The position numbers were made by a program, and so were the translations under genes. DNA of 61,638 nt, filler included, from Choristocarpus tenellus KU-1152 (Eukaryota; Protista; Phaeophyceae): assembly GCA_964200185.2 (NCBI GenBank). It is 13 parts of 13 records of this genome, joined end to end, with 100 filler letters (N's around TTAATTAATTAA, not from the genome) between each part and the next. Parts side by side here need not be neighbours in the genome. Positions count along the whole stretch, not along the records: positions 50,771 to 53,846 come from CAXNAD020022494.1; positions 53,947 to 57,902 come from CAXNAD020016947.1; positions 58,003 to 61,638 come from CAXNAD020018821.1; 10 more parts are not named here. The stretch is one strand, 5' to 3'. Shown here piece by piece: positions 52,457 to 61,638 of this stretch. Each line of letters begins with the position of its first letter. Within the stretch, counting starts at the first letter, position 1. The notes under the pieces were generated by a model that did no database searches, was not told the origin of the DNA, and saw only the letters and a list, made by a program, of their open reading frames with translations.

Positions 52457-53376
52457 TAGTATAAACTGAACAAGCACTGTACACACGATATGGGCTAGGG
52501 TTAGGGTTAGAGTCAATGATACATGTATATAGTATTATTATTAACTTTAGTATATGGGATACGTAAGGTTAGGGTTAGGTTGGAAGACATACAGTACTTG
52601 AAAGTATCAAGTATAGCAATGGTCTAGCACCTATGTATGTGTATCTGATGAGCAGAAATCACACCTAGGTAGTTACCGTATGTTGTATTGGATTTGTTCT
52701 TCTGAGCATTGCACCTTATCGTTGTTGATATTTTGTTATCTTGAGGATTGACCATCAAATGTCACACAATTTTGCACTCACTGTCTCCTGGAAGAGCCAT
52801 ACCTGGGTGAGGCATTGCGTACTCTGCTGTAAGCGTTCTACATAGATGGCGGAGATTAGACCACATATATATATATTAGAACACTAAATTAAAGCATAGA
52901 CCAATCCTCTAGTTCCCTTCACCTCCCAATAATAGCATGGGCACAATCCTTCCAATTTATCCAAGTAGCTGTACAGGGAGTTTTCAGGGTATTTACCAAG
53001 GTTGGAATGCACTGGTCTTGTGCCAATGATACTGCATTTTGTGAAATTATATTGATATCGGGATACTACTGTGCAGACAGTTCAACTTCGGTCAAAGAAA
53101 ATCCAACATGCAGTCGTCTATAATACTATCATGGCTTTCCATTATCTGCTTGATTGAATCATTCATGCTTAGAAGCGAGCCTACTATAGCTATGCTGACC
53201 TCTTATGCTTGTCACCTGGATGGGCATGTAGAATTGAGCCATCTCATACTCAATTATAGTGGGATAATAAACAGGCACGTTGCCCTTTGTCTCCCTCCTA
53301 GCCTAGACATCATCACCATGTAAACTACAGTACGCATTACTTGGAATTATTGACTTGTATGACAATTCCCTCCTAC

Positions 53377-53635
53377 GAGTCAAAGTATCTTAGAGAGTAG
53401 AGCCGCGTCTATTTGGAGGCCAAAATCCAATGTTGCGATTTTGATGTAATTTTGGCTGTCGTGATTGTTAGGAGATGCCAATATCCTTGTTCCGTACACA
53501 TCTTTTCATAGCGTATACATTTTACCTAATCGGAAATTTTTTGGAGGAGGTAGTATGTCATTAAAAACCCGTGGGATGTCAAGCCCCAAAAGGAAAAACA
53601 CGGCAAAACTCGTACCCTCTAAGATACTTTCACTC
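53377..53635 (+). mobile_element. MITE subfamily C (259 bp)
   Basis: gagtcaaagtatcttagagag ... ccctctaagatactttcactc with a perfect TSD CTAC (53373-53376 / 53636-53639). Confidence 0.92.
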
Positions 53636-54011
53636 CTACGCACATTATATTGTGGCCTACTGTTTGGGTAAGACCAACCAACACCTCTCATGAAACGAAG
53701 TCTGACCTTTGAATCACGGCCACAGTAGTGAGATTTTCCCGCCAGAAACATCGGGTTTGCATGATCCATATTGACCAACCTATATTTATAGTCAACCTTG
53801 CCCAGCTCACTATTATGTGTGGAGAAAACCAAGTGTTGGTGGTGGTNNNNNNNNNNNNNNNNNNNNNNNNNNNNNNNNNNNNNNNNNNNNTTAATTAATT
53901 AANNNNNNNNNNNNNNNNNNNNNNNNNNNNNNNNNNNNNNNNNNNNGTGTTTTTTTTGTGGTTGCGGGGGTGATAAGTGCTTCCTGTTTTTGCGGCGAGG
54001 GGGCGGTAGTT

Positions 54012-54237
54012 AGGGGGGGGGGGGGGGGGGGGGGGGGGGTTCTACACCAGGGTGTCCATCCATTTGGACCAAGATAAGGAAAAATGCATTTACATTATCC
54101 ATCCGACATATGCAACGAAATCACCCAAAAATCGCGACATGAAAAAATTGACCCCAAATGGACAGCCGCCACACATACCCCCAGATACTTTGAGCCCCAA
54201 ATGGACACCCTGGTGTAGACCCCTCCCCCCACCAGAT
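54012..54237 (+). mobile_element. MITE subfamily A copy abutting an inverted partial copy
   Basis: A-type body ending agatactttgagcc (54196), followed by ccaaatggacaccctggtgtagacc, the reverse complement of the A 5' part. Confidence 0.8.
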
Positions 54238-56059
54238 TCCATATCACCCATCACCTCAGATTGTGCTGCAGCAGCATTTACTGGTTGGCATTTAATAACA
54301 GAGGGGCTCCAGTTCCAAATTTGCCAGTTGTTTCCAACACAGGGATTCCAGTTCCAAATTAACCAGTTGTTTCCAATGATTGATCGACATATCTCCTAGT
54401 TTCTTTTGGGAATGGATCCCCAAAAGTCTTAAGACATAGTCAGAATCAATATATGTCTGACCAAATCAGATTATATCTCTGACACATCCTAAAATATATG
54501 TGTCCCCAGTTCTGAACTCCCTAATAACAAATGTGATCAATTTATATCCATGTTCTCTTTGAAAGTGTCTGTCCACAAGGTCGTAGGAAACAATCTTGGC
54601 CAAATTGTGTCTGACCTGATCCAAGTATACACTTGTGCATTCTGAACCAGACCTTCAAAGCCATCGAGTATATACCTATGATTAGGCCTACAATTTATGG
54701 ATCCTCTGTTCCAAAGACTTGGAAGTTCTATTCTATGTCTGCATCGTAAGTGTTACCAAGGAATAGACTCACAACCCCTATACGATTCATTACCTACTGG
54801 GTATCTGCTTATTGCCTGTCCTATACCCCCCAAGCACAAAGCGTACTCCAGACTGATAGTATGCAAAACAGGGAATAAACAAAAGAGATGAAGAAAAACA
54901 AGATTGGAGAATGAAAACAAAAAATATATATATATATTTTTTTAAAGAATGGGAGTGTGAGAGATTCTTAAAAACAAAGACGAAAAATAAAGAAATAGTA
55001 ATTAAAAAACATCATCGAAAGCACTTGCAAATAGAACAGAAAAAATGTTCATTTTTGTTGACTACACCTATGTAACCTATATACAACTGGTCCACTCTGA
55101 AGTACGGCTTCTTGGTTCCAACTTTTGCTATTCTATATACCTTTCAGTGACTGTGTGTCAACATCGATACCCTATTCTCTTGTTTTGACGTACCTAACTA
55201 ATCCTCACCTTTTCGTTCACGCATACAGTTTTTACCTATTGGGACGGCCTTTGGAGAAGCGACCGATTTCGCTCTTGTTTAAGTCCTTCCAGTCTCCATC
55301 GTTAAACCTTACCCTCCAGTAGGGTGACTTGAGGTCTAAAAACTGTGCCTGTGTACCACTAACCTCTTCCTCTCTCGTCTATCCACGACTTCTTGACAGT
55401 GGTACCTATAGGGAAAAGGCGCAATGCATCCTCTCGGGACAAGAGGTTTCTTGGACGAAGCCGTCATTTGGGGGTGGTCTTGCGTGAGGAATGTAAAGGT
55501 TCCAGAGGGTGTGAAAAACATCCAACTGCAGTGTGGTGGAGCTGTCCATTGCCTCTGTTTCTGTTATCCGGTCTGACAACTATCCATTCTGATACTTTCC
55601 TCCTTACTCCCAATGCCACACATTGAATCTTATCGTGACAATACCGCCTTTCTGCCAGCTAGTGTATACAATGGTGTGCCTACCACTATTCTGTTGTTAG
55701 ACCTAGGTTAGATTCCCACACTATTGTTGAAGAGCTCAGCGTGTGTAAAGGCTCATCGCCCGAAGCCGCTGGTTGAGTTACACAGTGAAACATACACTGA
55801 ATTATTTATTGCCTGCTGGGTGCCCAATATCACTAGTATTGACCCACCATACCACTGGTACTGGCCCACCATACCGTTATGCACGATACTGCTTTTTGTT
55901 GTATCATCTCAAAGATAAATGTACATAAAACCTATGTTATATACTTGTATCAGCACATATAACAGAAGGATGACACTATGTTATTCGACAGGGGCCGATT
56001 GCGGAAAAACAAGTACTAACTCTGAAACAATCACACCAATAAAAAAAACTAAATATATG

Positions 56060-57432
56060 TCATTAAAGAACTCATTGCGTTCTTTATGGCATTTTCCAAC
56101 TGACTATAAGAAAGAGTGCATTCTCTCACCAGGATTTGAACTCACTCAGTTGCTGTCATGTCTTCCTGAGGAACTCGAAGGAGTTGTCCGGTGACGCTCG
56201 GGACTTCCACTGTAGATGAGTCGCTTAGGAGATCGCTGTGTGTCCTAAGAGAGTCAGACAGCACTTGCTCAAGAAGTTCAATTCGGAAAGGGGTAAGGGC
56301 ATCACTACAAGGACGTGATGTATTACGATAGTGGACACGATCTTTGGGTAAGGCCCACGATCCTCCTTGAACCCTCGCTAAAGCCTTGGTAAGAGCGTCA
56401 GCGAAAAAAACGGGATTGTTTGACATGGTTGAGGCAGAGTTATCTGCAGGTACTCCGAGAAAGACGTGGCCATTGGCAGGGTCCCCGAGTTTCTTATGAA
56501 TGCGTTCCATGGTTTCAACACAATCTTGATGCTAATGCATGTCAAGGTTGCGAGAGACTCTGTCTCGCTGCTGCCTACTGGATTATGACTCATGTGACTC
56601 AGCTCGTGTACGCAACTCATGAATTTCTCTTCGCAGCTGTGCCTCAACCTCTCTGGACCAACGTACCGTACTCAGGCAATTCCTTCGAGATTGTCTGGGT
56701 GATACAGACCTGTGTGAAGAATAATAATCACTGGTCCGACGGTGACGACACACACGGTGAACGAGTGTGGCCTCTGCATTCTTCCCTGGTCCTCCATCTG
56801 TGTCGACGAGAGCGCCTGTCCCGGGATCTCGACCTGGAGCGAGATCTGCCACGAGTGGAAGAACGAAAACGAATGCGCTCTCAGCGCCTGCCTCGACATT
56901 CAGCAGCGTGGACATGGCTGCGACCAGAATTGCCTTGAGTTGTGGTACTGGGCTGGAATCTCTCGGAATCATCGATTCTTTGGAGAATCTGTAGGTCGGA
57001 GGCGACCCCCACTTCTCACGAATACTGTGAGCCAGACATGTCTGCGAACCTGGGAGATAAAGGGCAAGATTGTAACCAAAAAAGAACAGATATGTGTGAG
57101 TAAAGGAACGCAGAACAATTGACTACCTAGGCAGCGTCTCGACCCTGGTGATCAAAGACCACTCTTTTTATGACTATAGGCAAGTGATGTGGCGATCGGA
57201 GGCCACTCGTTTTACAGCTAGAGAAGGGCGATTCCCTCAGAGCCACAGAAGCCCTCACACCCATGAAGACGACGAGCCCAAGGAGGGAATCCCGCAGACA
57301 ACGAATGAAGACCACAAACCCAAGTGGGAAAAGAAGAGAATCCAGGCGGGCGTAGGAAGCTACAAAGAATCCTAAGTGTTGAGGTGAATACTGAGTATTC
57401 TGTCCAGTTTGAAGGAGGCAGTAGGACCTCCA
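56060..57432 (-). mobile_element. Internal region (PBS, leader, frameshifted gag-like ORF) of the same LTR family as 16416-18774
   Basis: Translations MSTLLNVE.GAESAFVF and PVFFADALTKAL.RVQGGSWALPKDR are nearly identical to ORF 16435-17262. PBS-like TGGAGGTCCTACTG at 57432-57419. Confidence 0.82.
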
Positions 57433-57848
57433 TGTTACAGGCGCCCCTCAGAGCTCACCTCCACAGGATGTACAACTCAAATCCAATTCACGGATTAACG
57501 AATGTCAGCTCAGCAGAACAGGGGTACTCTCGAATGAATCAATTAGCACAAGGAAAATATGTTTATCAATATCAGTAAGAGAGAATGAAAAAGGTGGGGC
57601 CTCTTTAGACCCGAACTGAGCTGTTTGGAGCCGTTTTTAGGATCTCGTATCATCATTTATCGCTGGGGCTTCTTTGGTTTACAGACATTGGAATATATCT
57701 GAGAACCCTTGCGACTTTCCCGAGTTACAGAATTTATTCTGCAACTTTTTAGCAAATCGGAGTTCCCCTTTTGGGGTTGCCCATGCACGTACGCTGCTCA
57801 CGCCGGTTAAAGCGCGTGAAGAAATACTCGCGCTATTTGCCTGTAACA
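57433..57848 (-). repeat. 5' LTR (416 bp) with a perfect 10-bp terminal inverted repeat TGTTACAGGC...GCCTGTAACA
   Basis: TG...CA ends and the 10-bp inverted repeat; on the minus strand it is immediately followed by a TGG-initiated PBS. Confidence 0.8.
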
Positions 57849-58002
57849 TAAGTGCACTTTTCCTGGTTTTGGCCCAAATGGACACCCTGGTGTTGATCCC
57901 CCNNNNNNNNNNNNNNNNNNNNNNNNNNNNNNNNNNNNNNNNNNNNTTAATTAATTAANNNNNNNNNNNNNNNNNNNNNNNNNNNNNNNNNNNNNNNNNN
58001 NN

Positions 58003-58400
58003 GTGTCCACTTGGAACAAAATCAGGAAAAGTGCATTTAAGTTATCCATCCGACATATGCAACCAACTCACCCAAGAATCGCGACATGAAAAAATTGACC
58101 CCAAATGGACAGCCGACACCCCCCCAGATACTTTGAATCTCAAACTAAACGAGAGGTACCCAGAGTTGCATTTCAAGTGTGCTGACAAGTATGCGCAATA
58201 AAACGTATCTTTTAGACCAATGCATGTAGGATATTTTCATAATTGTGTCGGAAAATTTCCAAACTATTGAGAAATATACGTTCTCCAGTCAAACTTTGAA
58301 CTTCATCCCCAGAAATATGGGTGAATTGCAAGAGATTGCAAGACAGACTTAAAATGCAAAAAATACCCAAAAACTGAGTACCTCTCGCTTACTTTGATCC
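58003..58400 (+). mobile_element. MITE A (3' part, to 58139) adjoining or inserted into the left TIR of a MITE D copy (58140-58400)
   Basis: cccccagatactttgaatc is followed directly by tcaaactaaacgagaggtaccc ... gtacctctcgcttactttgatcc. Confidence 0.8.
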
Positions 58401-58483
58401 AGTAGGAACATAGTCAACACATGACAAGATGGACAAATGGAAAGCAGAGATGAATATTATACGGTACAGTCTCCCTGAATGAC

Positions 58484-61400
58484 CTGTGCAGTTGTGGCTG
58501 TGATTACAGTCTTTCCACGCATTGACTCTTCCGCTTTCACCTCGACCTGAAGCTGCAGCAACTTGTTCCTGTGTTCCTCGAGACACTCCGCCTGGCAAGA
58601 CTGGGAAAACTTGGACATGTGAGGAGGCGAAGGGGTAGAGCTAGTGAGGTGAGGGGACATAAATCCTTGTGCCAGTGAAATACAACGATGCCGTTCGAAA
58701 CTGACACCATGGAGGAAATTCTAGGGAGGTGGCCAGGTTTAGGTTGTCTTGTATTTCAAGCTTTATTCTTACACGGTGCAATGTACTCCATTTCGTTGCT
58801 TAATGTCCTGCACAATAGTGTACACAAAAATGATATTCCCCCCTCCCCCCCAAAAAATGGCACCACAATTCAGCAAAGTTCCATTCTGCAATGGCGCAAA
58901 AAAAGCATCTTTGGTCATTTCTCAGTATCCTTAGAATGCAACCTTGCCTACTTTTCAATTGCTTTTGGCTCACAGCAAGACCTTGTCTTACATAACCCCA
59001 TATGAGTTGGTGCCAACGACTCAAGCGGTTCTCGTAGACCTCTCTTATTTCCCCGATCACCGTGTACTACGCTCACAGTTTTGTGCAGCTCTGTAGTTGC
59101 CATGAGGGTGGTAAGTCAAAGCGCATGGACCGACTGTGGTCTACAGCCTAATGGGGACACTAGCTATCTCGATAAAACTGACATCAGACACCTCGTACTG
59201 TGTTGTGGTGATACCAGAGCTCTACTAATGCCTGCTTTATACCTCATGGGAAAGAAGTTGCTGAGTTTGCTGTGGGCAAGCAATACCAGCTTATGAGGGT
59301 CTCGTCAGTTAGGCTGTTCTAATCTGCCCTTTACACTCTAGAAAGTGCTACAAAGCGATTTTACATAAAATGGAGGTTCCAGGGTAGATTGGATTGCTAC
59401 TCCTGTTGTCGGCATTTGCTACATGATTAGGCTGCCCCCCATTTTGGGGTGTTTCTAACCTTCTGCTTCAAATTGTTGATCTCTTTGAGACTGGTCTTGA
59501 CCTGAGCATTCAAAAGGTCGTTGATCTCTTGCTGCTTGGTCAGCTCGGTCTGGAGTGCAGTGATGACCACCTTAGATTGGCTTGGGAATTGGGGTGGGTG
59601 TGCAAAATCAGTATTGATTGCGATAACACTCTACTTGTAAATCAACCTATACCCAGAATAGATCCAAACAATAGGAGCACTACATGGGATACTGTGATCC
59701 ACAGCAAGTAGTGTAACCGCAGAGCCCTGGCAAGATATAACAAGCTTTGGTAGTACCAGCAAAGTAGGTTGGGTCTTGGACAACTTCCCACGAAATCAGA
59801 ACAACCTAGAAGCATGTTTCTGCTATGCTAGCAGCTCCTACAGACTCGAAGCACTTCAGAGTGTATGAATTATCGGTTGAGGAATATATAATAAGAAATA
59901 AAGGCAAACTGCAGCGCTGGGCAACAAAAGATGATATCTGGGAGGATTTACGTTACGTCTTCTATTGGATCCTTATTCACAAAATTTATTCAGTCTTTTA
60001 GTGCTGATCAAGACTTGGGGATAAGGTTAGGGTTAGGGTTAGGTTAAGTGAATCTGCTTCAAAGTAGCATGACCTCATTGCAATGCGACAATGGCGCCTG
60101 ATACGTTTCTTTCCACTCCAAGAAGAATACGTGGGAAGCTGTTACCTGGACGTCGAACCAGGCAAGGGCGCAATTCAATACGGAGAGAGAGTCCAGAGAA
60201 AGCACGCATGCCTACTGGTGGAGGGACAATTTGGCAGCAGTGACTCTGAGCAAGCTCACCATAGACCATCCTTCATTTCCTCCACTTTGCCCTCCGCAGC
60301 CTTGCACTGGGCATAGACACACTCGGCTGTTGTTGTTCAGAGTGGTTTGCAGACACAAAGGGTGTAGACACAAAGGGGGTACACCTTTCACGTGGTCAGT
60401 GGGAAAGTAACAATGGATTCCAACGCATCCTTGAAAGTACGCACAGGTTGCTCCATTATTTCCCCCTTAATGAGGTCCCAAATACGGCAATGCGCTCGCT
60501 AAAGGTTCACTGTTGTCAATGATATCTTGGAATGTACATGCCATTTTGATAGGGAGAGCCAGGTAGCACCATCGTTGCAGTCCTGCCTGAGACCCAAAGC
60601 ATTTAAGAGGGTACGAGTTTGCCCTGCTTGTCCGTTCGGGGCTTGGCTTCCCACGGTTTTTTTCTATACCCTTTTTTTTTGTTTTTTGTGTGTGAACACA
60701 GTTACCTAAAACAATATACGACTATGAAAGGTGTGTCCGGAGCAAGGACGTTGACTCTTGCTAACAAACACGATAGCCAAAATTCATCAAAATCACAACA
60801 TTGGATTGATGACCCTGAACGGACTCAGCCCTACCCTCTTCAACGCTTTGGGTATAAGAAGGGAGCACTGTTCTAAGCACACCCTTCTCAATTTGTGTGT
60901 GACAACTGGCACTGTGCAAGATTCAGAGCAACACAAGTTTTCCGGTAGGAAGGAGGGCTTTCTTATTACCTCTCAATGTTATTGCATGCTCGCCGATTCA
61001 TTCTCTCTATTGAATGCCTGTGCAGTGCAATAATCCAGGGCGGTAAGGGCAGCTACATAGTGAAAACAAGAGTTTAGCAAAGAGCGTTTCCCCTAAGTCC
61101 TCACCATACACAGTGTACAAAGGGGGTGGGTGTCCAACGGAGCAAACAGAAACTGCACTAAAAATATATATTCATATTATTTCCAGCACAGTGCGTGAAG
61201 ACTCCATGTGTGTGGAGGGTCAAAATTATTGTGTATATTTTTCAACACTTGAACACCTTCCCAAACTCGTGAGACGACCATTCACCCCATTGTCTAACCC
61301 TAACCCTAACCTGGTAGAGCATAGGGGAACAAAAAAATTAGAGGAGAAAATTATTCTTTCACGGATTGTTCTTCAAATTTAAATCAGGTTTCTCACCCTT

Positions 61401-61488
61401 CTTCGAGACAGTGGCGAGATCGTTCTGCGCCAGGTCTTCACATCTCTTTGCACGGTCTATCTCCCCTTCCAGTTTGGCGATCTTTGCC
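58484..61488 (-). CDS. Internal exons of an unidentified coiled-coil protein gene (best exons 61397-61488, 60260-60326, 59460-59549, 58484-58591)
   Basis: AG/GT-bounded segments translate to AKIAKLEGEIDRAKRCEDLAQNDL, ECVYAQCKAAEGKVEEMKDGL, TELTKQQEINDLLNAQVKTSLKEINNLKQK and AECLEEHRNKLLQLQVEVKAEE. Additional small exons are needed to link the phases. Confidence 0.45.
60025..60045 (+). repeat. Short interstitial telomere-like (TTAGGG)n tract; others at ~15107-15120, 52496-52510, 52568-52580, 61295-61311
   Basis: ggttagggttagggttaggtt, and ccctaaccctaacc on the opposite strand. Confidence 0.65.
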
Positions 61489-61638
61489 CTGTCCGGACGG
61501 TGACAGTTACGAAAAAACAAAAAAGAGAGACCAGAGTAGTACGTAAGGGGCAGAAAACAAGCCGGGGGGGGGGGGGGGGGGAGACCGAGAAAATTGAGAG
61601 GTTGGAGCGGAGGGGGGGGGGGGGAGGGGGGGAAGGGG

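Overview
Eukaryotic, intron-rich, repeat-dense DNA. I infer a stramenopile, plausibly a brown alga or relative, from the GT-AG multi-exon genes, DUR3 and TTAGGG-type repeats. The window is not contiguous: 13 contigs are joined by 12 artificial 100-bp spacers (N44-TTAATTAATTAA-N44), so adjacency across gaps cannot be trusted. Recognisable host genes are a complete multi-exon DUR3 urea/Na+ symporter (- strand), a two-exon Mpv17/PMP22 gene (+), three exons for a gamma-adaptin ear domain (-) and fragments of a coiled-coil gene (-). Most other interpretable sequence is decayed mobile DNA: Ty3/Gypsy and Copia remnants, a CCCH-gag/protease LTR family with an LTR and a tRNA-Gln-like primer site, and a plant-type mariner transposase pseudogene with a Stowaway-like TIR. 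The most interesting signal is a candidate DNA-transposon system. It has two parts: a nine-exon DUF7869/Sola-like DDD transposase pseudogene whose key catalytic exon is missing from the ORF track, and about 20 short MITE copies or fragments. These fall into at least four subfamilies that share a G.(G/C)YCAAAGTA terminal motif and often make 4-bp target-site duplications. The link between the two parts is inference.
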